From Octopus sinensis (lineage: Eukaryota): a stretch of DNA of 64,000 nt. A program made the position numbers and the translations under genes. The notes below the pieces were generated by a model that did no database searches, had not been told where the DNA came from, and saw only the letters and a program-made list of their open reading frames with translations. The stretch covers positions 121,644,001 through 121,708,000 of the forward strand of contig NC_042997.1 in the NCBI RefSeq assembly GCF_006345805.1. The letters run 5' to 3'. Positions 13,433-25,845 of the stretch are shown here, one piece after another. The number at the start of each line of letters is the position of its first letter. The stretch's first letter is position 1.

Positions 13433-14367
13433 ATCATATAGTGTACATTTAAACATATAAGGAATCCACTCGTGGGATTCAACACGCTAGAAAGAACAGC
13501 TAGGTTCTATAACCACAAAAATTAGGGATAAAATTCGACAGGGATAAAATAAAAACATTTTACCATCAAGTTTTCTGTACCAATTGGTTTCTGATTTTAG
13601 TCTAGCAAGTAAATAATATTTGCTAACGAGGTGAAATCTTCCTCAACAGGTACACCTTCGGTTAAATATATAAACAACGAGGCAATCAAACTATATGCCT
13701 CCCGTTTATATATCCTAATTCTTTCAAAATCTACTGAGCAGACGCAGTCCTTCGCCAGTAATAAAAATGCCAACTTTTGAAACCGAAGATTATCCAAAGA
13801 CTTATAATGCTCGAATTCCACGATTGGATTCCTTATTTGTTTAAATGTACACTATATATTATCACTAATGCATAGTCTTTTGGGACTAAATTTTCACACG
13901 TTAGGCCGCTGGAAGTGACAATTTTAATTAATTATCCATTTCCCTTTGATACGTTTATATATATATATATATTAGAGGCGACGCCAGGTCATCAGCGTCA
14001 CTCGGGCTCATCACAGTTTTCGCATGATACATGACTGCTCGAAAAATTTCTTGTTTTCCCCCAATATTTGTAGCCCCAAATGGCTTATTATTACTATTTT
14101 TTATATCTACCACTATGTCTTTCCCTGTTTCTAAGTTAAGGGTAAAAATAAAGCAGCCCTGCAAAACACATCCGATATTTACCCAAAGACGCACAGAAAA
14201 AAACAGCAATCAAATAAACACACGCACTGGTTCGGTTCTTTACTGTTATTATAGTTTTTTTCAATACTGTTTGCACTATATGCGTGTATTTATTATTACC
14301 GGCATAATGCCCCCCGCCAAGGTTTAATAGTATATATCACACAAACACACACACACATAATGTATAT

Positions 14368-14545
14368 ATATACGAAGAAAGATGGTGTAGAAAACAAACA
14401 GATGTATTAGTATAACGCTCAGGAATTGAGAAAGTTTTTTATGTTTCGAGTCTACCCTCTTCTACAGAAAGGAACACAAAAAGAAACAAGGAAAGAAGCA
14501 AGGGGAGAAAAATAATGTGTGTAGTGGCTACAGATCAATCATATA
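14368..14545 (-). mobile_element. Penelope-like terminal segment with a decayed hammerhead
   Basis: Same family as 54830-55135 (shared TTCCTGAGCG..ATACTAATACA); CTGTAGA-A-GAG..CTC-GAAA motif at about 14436-14471. Confidence 0.55.
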
Positions 14546-15803
14546 TATATATAATTCTAATATAAGGATAAAATTTTATTTAAAAAGTTTATCAGTGGCC
14601 AGCATATGAAATATACCTTTTAAGGTGAAAATTATAAATAAAATTATAAATAAGGGCAAAAAGAAAGGAAAAAAATGTATGCGGTTAGACGATTTAGTGT
14701 CTATTTTTCAGCATATTGGTAAATAAATTGTTTCTTTTTGCCCTTATTTATAATTGTGTTTATATACATATATACGTATGTGTATATGTGTATAAACAAC
14801 CAAGTTTCAACTAAATCAAAAAAATAAACCCCAATACTAAAGCGAACAAAGATTAACCATCCCACTTCCATCGCACTCGCGCACAGGCATACACACACAC
14901 ACACACACACACACATTCACATACCTCTCCTTTTACATACACACACATATATTCACACAAATTTGAAACGCTGTTTGTTTTACTTTTTCAGCGTACAATT
15001 TTTACCATCCCACAACCAAATATGACATCACCCCTTCCTTCTTTATACATCTACCACCCCTTCCTTTCTTCTTGATAAACACAAGAGTATTATCATAGTA
15101 GATTATCTCGGTAACCATGGGAGCTATGAAATAATACAAAGCCCATCATCACAAGGGGATCATTCTACACATCTGTGTAATTTTTCGCGTAATTCCAAGC
15201 AGCCGTTTGACCTTGAATCCCAAGAAAAGAATGAATGGCCTATGTCAAATTTTTATGTATGGATATATACATATATGTATATTTATAAGCATACATACGT
15301 ATATAGATACATACACAATCTATGAAAGATATGCAATCTCACTCATTTATATAAATAATAATACCCATACACACATACACTCACACACGTACATATACAC
15401 ACACATACATATGTTTGTATTCATCTTTCTACGCATGTGCAAAAACACAAATTCACACACAGGCGTAAATACACACACTATTCGCAGACTTACAAAGTAT
15501 CACACACGCACACAGAAACATACAGACATATACACACTCAATCTTTTACTGGTTAATAGTGACAGGGAAAGTATTGATAATGTAGACTGTGTAAGTTGTG
15601 ATGGAGGAGGGTTGAAAAATTGACATGGATACATAATGTAGACATGTATAAGACCATGACAGAATGAAACTGTCAACTAGGGAAGTTTCATGATATCAAT
15701 ATAAATTCTACATAGAAATGCTACAATGTTATTCATACACAACCACATACACCGAAGAAAATAGCAAAAAATAGTTACATATTTGTATTATAGAATAACA
15801 AAA

Positions 15804-16345
15804 GGCGGCGAGCTGGTAGAAACGTTAGCACACCGGGCGAAATGCTTAGTGGTATTTCGCCTGCCGTTACGTTCTGAGTTCACATACCGCCGAGGTCGAT
15901 TTTGCCTTTCAATCTTTCGGGGTCGATATTAAGTACCAGTTACGCACTGGGGTCGATGTAATTGACTTGATCTGTTTATCTGACCTTGTTTGTCCCCACT
16001 GTGTTTAGCCCCTTATGGGTAGTAAAGAAATAGGTATTTCGTCTGTCTTTACGTTCTGGGTTCAAATTCCGCCGAGGTCGACTTTGCCTTTCATCCTTTC
16101 GGGGTCGATAAATTAAGTACCAGTTACGCACTGAGGTTGATATAATCGACTTAATCTGTTTGTCTGTCCTTGTTTGTCCCCTCTATGTTTATCCCCTTGT
16201 GGGCAATAAAGAAATAAGAAACGTTAGCACGCCGGTCGAAATGCTTAGAGGTTTTTCATCTGTCTTTACGTTCTGAGTTTAAATTCAGGGTCGATAAATT
16301 AAATAATAGTTGCGAACTGGGGTCGATGTAATCGACTGTCCCCCC
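15804..16345 (+). mobile_element. Three-unit multimer of SINE family B
   Basis: Full head, then units restarting at GGTATTTCG and at GAAACGTTAGC. Confidence 0.85.
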
Positions 16346-16856
16346 ACCTCCCCCAACAAACAAGATGAGGACAAATATCCGTCAATTGTAAATAATGTAA
16401 ATAATGTAGAGTAAAACAACATGAATTGAATTTCTCAGCTCAGGGATTTGCACGGCAGACCTCATGATCGTGAACCAAACTTGTTAACCAATAGAATACA
16501 CATCTTCACACGCACATACACATGCACATACACACACATACACAGAGGTAGTGTAAAGTGCTGTATTGAACACTGATATTATCGTGCAAATCACTAATCG
16601 ATTATATAGTGCATGTGCACAAACACACGTGCGGATATATATGTATTAATTTGTATGAAGTATTCGCTGTAACATACGCACCGAGATTTAACGTTTATTT
16701 CCAGGCGTTTGATGTGTTTCAGGAAGTTATCCTTTACTCTGTCAGCATTTTCGTTTCCTTATACTTTTCTTACTTCTTCATCGCGTTCTTCAGATACTCA
16801 GTGTAAAGCAACAGCTATTTTAAAATTTATTTTCATCTGACATCCACAAATTTTAC

Positions 16857-16889
16857 CTTTGTGGCAATAATCACCACTATAATAATTAT
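16857..16889 (-). CDS. Candidate 33-nt exon (phase 1-1), xNYYSGDYCHKx
   Basis: tctttccaccaaccctcacctatatag acceptor, AAG|GTAAAA donor; phase 0 is also open. Confidence 0.25.
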
Positions 16890-17099
16890 CTATATAGGTG
16901 AGGGTTGGTGGAAAGACAATATCTATGGTGGTTTTAATAACTTGTAGCATTTTAATTTTGATGCGTTGCATTCTTGGTAGAAATGTCGCAGTGTTTGAGA
17001 GTGCCTTTCAAGAAACCGCCATTGAAAAAAATTTGTCTTTCACATACAGAGATTGATTTAGCTGATTGTACTTTGCTCGAAATGCCCGACCTTGTGCCA

Positions 17100-18722
17100 T
17101 CATCATCATCAACATCATCATTTTCATATACACACAACAAATTAGACGGTCGGAAAAGAAAAAAAGATACCAACATCGGGCTACTAGTAATCTTTGACGC
17201 AAAGAACCGCCCTAAGTATCATAGCTGTCCCTAATAACACTGCTTTCTGGAGCTATATGAAACTAAGTTTTATGAAACTAGGTTTTATGCCTATTTCCTC
17301 TATCCATCTGTTCATATCTTTAGGGATAGTTCCCAGTGCACCTATAATTACTGGGGTACATTTTACCCGAACCTTCCATAGTCTATGTAATTCAGGAGCT
17401 AGGTTCTGGTACTTGCTATTTTTTCTATAACTCTCATATTGCTTATTTCATCATTTGGGAGTGTAAAATACTTCATCTGCCACTTTCTATTCTCTTTATT
17501 TAATACTATTAAATCAAGCATTCTAGCTTCTAATACACTGCCAGTTAGAATGTTAAAATCCCACATCTTGTATTTTGTACTTTCTAGTAATTTACTAGGT
17601 TCGTATTCATACCATTTATCAATATCTTCAAAGCCTAGCTTTCTACATGTCTACCAGTGGATTGCTCTCCCTAGATTGTCAAGTTTTTCTTCTATTCTTT
17701 CTGTGCCAGTATGCTACATTTATTTACTATATGAGTAACGCCTAAGTGCATCCTTTCAGATCACTTTTTCTTAGCTAACTTTAAGTGTTGGTCTTGTCTT
17801 TTCCTTCGATATCTGTGAGATATTATCTATGCAGTGGCTTCATTTTCTAGTTGTTGATTCTTTCTCCTCGTTTCTTAAATAGTTGTGAGCGAATCGCATT
17901 TTCGGTATGTATTATATTGTTAATTCTAACAGCGGCAATCGCCTGTTTGATGTAACATCCGTAACTGTTCTTCTCACAACATAGATCTTGCATCCTATGA
18001 GACCTCTTCCACCCCTGTTTCTAAGCACATACAGTCTGTCAATATCGCTTTGGGATGTAGTTCATTGTTAGTTGTCATCACTTTTCTAGTTTTCCTGTCC
18101 ATTTCCACACGCTTGTTCTTTGCCCACCTAAAAACATTAAAGAGACAGCTCATGTATTCATTGCCCTGATTTTGTTTTTTCCATTGAGTCTACTTCCCAT
18201 AATTAACTTGAATCTCCTGAGATATTCTCGCCTAAAACTTTCCTGCATTTAACATTCCTTGACTTTGTAGTATTTTTAAATCCTCAGATATTTATATCCG
18301 TTAGTCTCGATATCCTTGAATTTCTCGTCGTTGTGTAGCTCTAAACCACCAGGCAACACTATTTTGCTTCTTTGTATTATAAACATACCACAATTTTTAC
18401 TCCAAAATTTCATTCCGATATCCTTACTGAATATTTGCACTGTTGAAACTAGGCCATTCATCTTACGTTCTGTTTTTCCAAAGATCTTTAAATCATCCAT
18501 ACATAACAAATGATTTAATTTTCCTCCGCTTTACAAAGTGTACCGCGATGTCACTTTCCATAGTATCTGTGTGAGAGGCATCATACAAACCGCAATGGTG
18601 ATAGGCTATCTGCTCGCAATATGCCTATCTTGGTGTTAACCGTCGCCAAAAATTTTCCTCATGAAGTTAACTCTGTAGTCAAGATTTCTATTGATCTCCT
18701 AATAAAATTCGATATTATCACA
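17100..18722 (-). pseudogene. Old, degenerate R4/Dong-like non-LTR element (RT C-half to C-terminus)
   Basis: GILRADSLSPLRFV, HLLCMDDLKIF, GYKYLRI and C-terminal LQKAVLLGTAMILRRF motifs, with stops and frameshifts; ends in an (ATG)n-type tail. Confidence 0.8.
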
Positions 18723-18730
18723 TATCATTA

Positions 18731-18796
<66 letters not shown>

Positions 18797-18800
<4 letters not shown>

Positions 18801-20489
18801 TAGTTTTATTTTTATAGCGTGCTTTCACTTCACTACCGAGCGCAGCTCTGTGTGCCTTGGATTTCATTTGTTTTATAGCTTTTGTTGTTTCTTCATCATC
18901 TTCTTCTTCTTCTTTGTGTTTATTAGGTGGTATGATTTCTTGTTTGTATTTGTCAGCTTCCTTAAATACTGAGAACAGTTTTTTGTTTTGCTCGTGTTTT
19001 GCTGCTATCTGGATCAGTTTTCCTTCCTTCTGAAGTAGGTATTTTTGCAGTCCTATGGTGGTTATTTTATAGTAGTTTTCCAGCTGTATAAGGCCTCTAC
19101 CACCTTCTATACGTTGTATATATAGTCTTCTATGTCAGATTTTGGGTGATGCATCCTAGATCCTGTCAGTATTTTTCTTGTTTTCCTATCTATTTTGGAC
19201 AGTTCATTTCGTGTCCAGTTAAGGATATTGTAGCTGTAACTTATAACTGGGACAGCTAAAGTGTTGATACCTATTATCTTGTTTTTAGCATTCAGCTCTG
19301 TTTTAGTATTGATCTAACTCGTCTATAATATTCTTTTTTTATTTCTCTTTCATTTGTGTGTGTTGTGTCTTATCTAGTTCATGGATTCCTAAGTATTTGT
19401 AAGTTTGGCTTTGGTCTAATTCTTTTATTTCATTGGTTTTATCTAGTGTGATGTTGTTACTCTTAACTAGTTTTCCTCTTTTCAGGGTTACTTTGGCGCA
19501 TTTTTCTAATCCAAATTTCATATCTATTTCTTTGGTAAATCCATGAACTGTCTTTAATAGTGTTTCCAGCTGTTTGTCATTTGCAGCGTATAGTTTTAGG
19601 TCATCCATATATAAAAGGTGGCTGATCGTTTTGCCGTAACATTTATATCCGCATCCAGTTCTATTTAGCATATCAGATAGAGGTGACAGTGCCAAGCAGA
19701 AAAGGAGTGGAGAGAGCGTATCTCCCTGGAATATTCGTCTTCTAATGGGGATGTCTTTGGTTTTCATGAGTCCCTCTTTTGTTTGGAGGTGTAGGACTGT
19801 TTGCCATTTATTCATAGAGTGCTCTATGAATTTTATGATTGTTGGTGCTACTTTGTTAATGGCTAGTGTTTCGAGGATCCATGTGTGGGGGATGCTATCA
19901 AACGCCTTTTTGTAGTCAATCCAGGCCATACTGAGGCCTTTCTTCTTTCTGTGGCTGTCTTCAGCTACGGCTTTATTAATCATTAGTTGATCTTTACAGC
20001 CATATGAGCCTTTGCGGCATCCTTTCCTGCTCTTCTGGGAACAGTTTGTTTTCGTCCAGGTGCTTGTTCAGCCTTTGCGATATCTCTGCAGTAAATGTCT
20101 TGAATATAGTAGGGTGGCAGGTTATTGGTCTGTAGTTTTCTGGTTTTGTTGTTTCATTTGATTTGGGAATTAAGATGGTTTTCCCCTTCGTGAGCCATTC
20201 AGGCATTGTCTCTGGCTCTGCTAGTATGCTGTTAAAGTTTTCAGCCAGCATTTTGTGCATTCCTGTTAGATATTTCAACCAGAAGTTGGGGATCTTGTCA
20301 TGCCCAGGTGCCTTCCAGTTGCTTAGTTTTTGCAGTGCCTGGGTGACCTCTTCAGTTGTTATGGGGGTCCAAAGTTGTTCAGATGCCGAGTTTGTTATTT
20401 TCATACTCCTTTTTTTTGGCTGTTCGTTCGCCGACCATATTCCTCTCCAGAATTCTTCCAATTCTTTTTCCGTTGGTGCTGCTTTTTCC

Positions 20490-20490
<1 letters not shown>
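18797..20490 (-). mobile_element. 5'-truncated R4/Dong-like LINE (family A) with two frameshifts and an 843-bp internal deletion
   Basis: Near-identical to 25841-27957; RT motifs NWKAPGHD, YRPITC, FQGDTLSP, YMDD; +1 at about 20024, -1 at about 19343; (TTA)n on both sides. Confidence 0.92.
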
Positions 20491-20551
<61 letters not shown>

Positions 20552-20560
20552 CATCATTAT

Positions 20561-20680
20561 TTTGATTTAGTTCTGGTTCGGTCTTATTTTTCGGTAGGAT
20601 TTATGTGGATAGTGGGTTACTACCTGTAACCTTAGGTATCCACAAATTTACAGCAGTCTTTCAAGTGCTTAGGACCCTCC

Positions 20681-20681
<1 letters not shown>
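20561..20681 (-). mobile_element. 3'-terminal fragment of another R4-like family
   Basis: Minus strand reads RRVLST-stop plus a short 3' UTR between two (TAA)n arrays. Confidence 0.55.
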
Positions 20682-20731
<50 letters not shown>

Positions 20732-21541
20732 GCTGTTGTTGTTGTTGCTATTTTTGTTGATGTTGCTTTTTCCTCATTATTATTCTTAAGAAGCATTTGA
20801 TCATCATTAAAATACGTTCTAGTGTTTTCTCTGTGATTTTAATATTCTGAGTTCAAATTCCCTGTAGCTCATCGTCGTCTTCCATCCATTTTCGTTCCAT
20901 AAGATAAAATACGCAATCAAATATTAGAATCAATACAATCCACACATCCTTCCCTCTCAAAATTGTCGTCATCGTAACTAGATTAAAAATTACCACCACC
21001 ACCACCACCACCACCGACGCCGCTGCCATCATCATCATCATCATCATCATCATCATTATCATCGTTGTCGTCGTCGTCATCGTCATTATTAAGCAGACTT
21101 TTTTTATGTATTCTTAAAACCAGAAGCTTTGCTCCAGTTTGTCATCCGCCGTGATGACACGAGAAGTTCAGAAAGGAAGTACCAAAGGAATGTTATTCCT
21201 CGTTATTTGTCCTATATTGCAAATACAAAAACAGAATAAAAATAAAAATATGTTGCTAATCTTATTTTACATTTCTTTCTAACAAAATTTAATTTCCAAT
21301 GGTTCTCTTTTAAAAGTGTATTTCCATTGAAGTTCTCCTAAAAAGGTAACATTTATAATGAATTTCTGAAAATAAACTAATTAATGTTGGTCACATCCAA
21401 TGTAAAGAGAGATTTATTCAGCTTCAATATTTAATTACAAAAATGTGGCGATGAGATTTTCGCTTATGATCGCATGCTGTGAAAGAAAACAATATCTGAT
21501 GTATAATATAATACAACGTAATATGATGTTCTGCGAAATAT

Positions 21542-21599
<58 letters not shown>

Positions 21600-21918
21600 A
21601 TATATATACATATGTGTGTATGCGTGCACAAGCGTGTATATATAGTATATATATATATATGTACAAAAATATATCCATATACACATACATGCATATACCT
21701 ATATACACTTACGAGTATATATATACTTTAATATACCTACACACGCACATGCACATAAACACATATTCATTTATATACACACATATCGGTGCAGACATAT
21801 GATCTTCAACCTCTGAGTTAATTAAAACAAATATTCAATATGCAGTCTATAATTTTAATCAGATATATTCTATTCACTGCACATTTAGAGAATACAGATG
21901 CAGCCTGCATTAGCTTAC

Positions 21919-22008
21919 GCCCATTATTGCCGGTTGCATTTGTGAAGAATTCATTTTGATTAGAAATTGTTTTTCGCTTTACTTGAAAGTCATTTTCGAA
22001 AGCAGCCA
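21919..22008 (-). CDS. Candidate 90-nt exon (phase 1-1), xAAFENDFQVKRKTISNQNEFFTNATGNNGx
   Basis: ttttcttttgcactaag acceptor, GGC|GTAAGC donor; only the phase-1 frame is open. Confidence 0.4.
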
Positions 22009-23848
22009 CTTAGTGCAAAAAGAAAATAGTAATACTGACTTTTAAGTGATTAATTCTTACGTAACTACCAACTAACCATGCTAATATTAACCTTCTCCTT
22101 CGATGGAAACATCATGTAAGTGTGAATGTATTTCGAATCACATTCTTTTATTGATTTTTGGAACCTACTTTCTGTGTAATTAATGCTGTGGAGATAGATT
22201 CTCAGGATTTTCAAAATTAATCTTAAGAGATGACAATCTCAGGTTTAAAACACATTTTTAGAGAAACCCAAAGATATTATCTCAAGCGGTTATGTTTACT
22301 ACTTAAAATGTAATAACATGTTATATAACGTGCTGATTTTACAGACATAATGTGTTTTTGAACAACAATTTTAGGCGTGTAATTTCCCAAATGAGAACCA
22401 TTGTATACATTAGTAAGGAGAGTGACATGTGATTACAATGTAGTAGAATAAAGATTATGTACTAGTACGTGATAAACCTAGCATAATATACCTACATAGA
22501 AAACAATCAGAAATACGGCAAGTGTATTTTTTTTATTGTTTCTGTGTTGTTATTTTTTGCTTTAGACTCGACGTTTAACGAACTGACTTTTGATCAAACG
22601 CATTCCGAAAATAACCATTCCTTGGTTTTAAATGTTTCTGTAGCTATGTGCTGTGTACTTTCTTTACTTAAAATGGTTAGTTGTGTACCAGAGGAGATTT
22701 GGTTGGTCGAGCGACAATGCTGAGGCTCTTTGTATACAGTAACTCAATTACGAAACCGCAGTTAAGTATGAGAACCAATTTTGCCATAACGCTGATGCTC
22801 TCATCTTTCTTCCCTAGCATTTACTGGAGGATACTGTCCTCCTACTTATCCGTATGTTCCTCATCAAATGGTAGCTGAAAACACTGATGCGTTCTTGGCT
22901 TGCTAAATCTGTTCTCTAACTTTTGGTTTGCTTCTGCTATATAATTTCTTCACGATAGCTACATGAAATTGCTTGCCAAGAAGGCTGCGGTTCATATTCA
23001 ATCAGATTCGGATGTCGCTAATTTTTCTGTGGGTGGGTGGACTAACATACAGAAACTCAGCCACAAGGCATTGATCGCCGTGGGGCCATTGCAGAAGACA
23101 CTTCCCTATTTATCTATCTATTTATATGTGCGTGTGTGTGTATTTATGTGTGTGTGTGCGTGTATGTGTGTGAGTGTGCGTATGTGTGCCTATGTGTGTG
23201 TGTTTGTGTGCGTATGTATATATATATATATATTGTTATATTTCAGAATGGACATTTTGCTAGTTTAGCCAATAAAAACACACGCACTATATATTTGGTG
23301 TTATTTTGCTTCAGTGTTATTTATTTTTTACATTAATCTTAATCTTATTTCGGCCAGAGTTCTTGCGTCACACTCCTGTGACCGCATCAGTGGTCCTTTG
23401 TTTTCTTCTTTCTTATTTGTGCCTCTCCTTCCTAACCGTTAACCATTTTGTATTTCTATTGTATGTCTTCATTTGCGTATGCTTATATCTCTATGTCCGA
23501 ATATGTTTAGTTAGTGTGTGTGCGTGGGGGGATGCCTGTAATATTTGCATTCTCTGTTTATATACGTTCTAGTAATTTTTTGTTGTTGTTGTTGTTTTTG
23601 TTTATTCTTATTTTGTTCATGTGTTTAAATCCAATTATTATTATCATCATTACGTATGCTTGTATGTATGTATGTGTGTATAACAACAATACTAGTAATA
23701 ATAATAAAAATAAATAAATAAAAATCTTTTAAATTTAAAAAAAACTTATATAGCTACTTATTTCTATTTGTTTATTTATCTGTGTATTTAATTTATTATG
23801 TTTTCGGTTTTGTTTATATTGTAACTAGTTTATGGGGTTCCTCTACCA

Positions 23849-24264
23849 TCATATGTTGTGGTGTGTGCTAGTGTTCCATTCCAGTTTCCTATTCAGGCTA
23901 GGTTTATCTTCTTTTATGTGTGTAGCTTCTGTAATTTGTCTGATTGTTGCATCTGTTCTATGTGTGGACGAGATTTTAACTTCTATGTTGTTGATTGATC
24001 CCCCAATGTTCCTGTTCGGCGTGTTGGTACAGAATCGATGAGCTTTTACCTTCCTTAAGTCCTCCCCAATGTCCATGTACCCGCTCTCCTATGCTTCGTG
24101 CCGTTTCCCCTACATATGTCGTTGTCTTGTTACTGCATCGTCCCTCTATACATCTTATACTATAGACTACATTTCTAGCTTTACAGTTTGTTTGTGGGCT
24201 AAATCTACACACAGTACAGTACTTATCCGTACAGGGGGTTCTACTAAAAGGGTAGGTTCTACCG
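23849..24264 (-). pseudogene. Penelope-like GIY-YIG endonuclease domain, 1-bp frameshift
   Basis: CTDKYCTVC..NVVYSIRC..YVGETARSIGERVHGH, then after a frameshift at about 24005 GGSINN..IRQITEATHIKEDKPSLNRK. Confidence 0.85.
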
Positions 24265-24310
24265 ATATATAGATAGATAGATAGATGGATGGATAGATAA
24301 ATAGATATGC

Positions 24311-24374
<64 letters not shown>

Positions 24375-24420
24375 ATATGTATACTGCCATTTTATAGTTA
24401 CTTTAGTATTTACTAATTGC

Positions 24421-24830
24421 ATGCATTTCGTCTCAACGATGAACCGAGGTCAGCTTCACCATCAGTATCGTTTACTGTAACCCTTGTGTCTTGCTGCCCT
24501 AAGTATTATCGAACCATTTCTGGGCAGTTTTGTTAAGTACTTGCTTAGATCATCACTTTGCATCATTACATATTTTTGTATAATATACATATAGTTGTAT
24601 AGCACCTCCTTCGGTTTGCGGAAAATATATTATATTGAACACCTCATCCAGGGTTTTTTCATATTGGTTTTTGTGTGTTGGAATGTGTTGAAATATAAAT
24701 TGGCTATTTGACAAGGGATTGGAGTATAAATCTATTGTCGTTACACAACTTTGTTAGGCAAGGTTTTTATCCGCTAGGTATCTCAACGTTCAAGATCCTG
24801 GTGTTTGAGGTAACAGCTCGAGTTAAAGAA
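24421..24830 (-). mobile_element. Possible decayed Penelope RT-thumb remnant upstream of the GIY-YIG
   Basis: Weak motifs only (DLYSNP, RHKGYS). Confidence 0.3.
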
Positions 24831-25636
24831 GGAACACTGAAAACTGTTTTCTTTTGAATTAGAATTCTGTACTCATTTCTTTCATATAACAAAAATATGA
24901 GATTTTATTGGCGCGCGCATGTACATGCGCACGTTTGTGTATGTGTGTCTGTGTGTGTGTGTGCGCGCGCGCGTGTGTGTCTGTGTGTTATCGCTGTTCT
25001 TATCGTTTGAATTGTTGAAAATACTGTTCTTTTTTTTTTCTCAAAAACACATTATATTTTCTCTTGACAACAATGCATTTTGTTAAAGAAATGCATTTCT
25101 TTACTTTTTACTCTAGTTTACTGTCTGCTTGAAGATGGTTGTTTACGATAATTTTTTTTTTCATTGCTATATAAAAACACTACAAACATTGTGTTTGTTT
25201 ACGCGTGGTAACAAAAAAAAAATGTTTTTCGTAAATTAGAGTGTTCGTTTCTCGCAAACGAGGAAAAATTAGTGTAATGAATTAAATTCCTACACTTCCA
25301 TTAAAAAGTTTCATTTCAAAACTGTTTTCAACGAAGTTTCGTTTGATAAAATCTCTGAGATCTTTTGAGATACAGAGTGTGGCGGAATTTGAATTCACAA
25401 TGTAAAATCGAATGAAATGCTGCCAGGCATTTTGTGCGGCGTGCGAACGATTCTACCAACTCACCGATTCAGTATAATAGTAGTAATAAGCGCCTTCTTT
25501 TGGATTAATGTAACCCCCGACCTCTTTTTCTTTCTGTTTCTGCTTTTTGTTTTGTTTTTGTTTTTGCTTTTGCTTGCCGTAACTCGTTCTTTGTTATTGT
25601 CCTCCATGTGTTGGCCCCTTGTGGCCAATGAAATAA

Positions 25637-25679
25637 ATAAATAATAATAATAATAATAAAAATAATAATATTAATAATA

Positions 25680-25717
<38 letters not shown>

Positions 25718-25730
25718 AATAATAATAATA

Positions 25731-25762
<32 letters not shown>

Positions 25763-25811
25763 AATAATAATAATTATAATAAAAATAATAATGATGATGA
25801 TGATGATGATG

Positions 25812-25840
<29 letters not shown>
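25637..25840. repeat. (TAA)n/(TGA)n compound microsatellite
   Basis: Directly visible; abuts the LINE 5' truncation point. Confidence 0.95.

Positions 25841-25845
<5 letters not shown>

Noticed and set aside
14000-14030. C/D-box-like GTGATGA..CTGA on the minus strand
   Set aside because: Boxes are too close together and there is no terminal stem
22680-23100. Coding-like composition, faintly hAT-transposase-like (SVF..DE.TD)
   Set aside because: Requires several frameshifts and the motif is too weak
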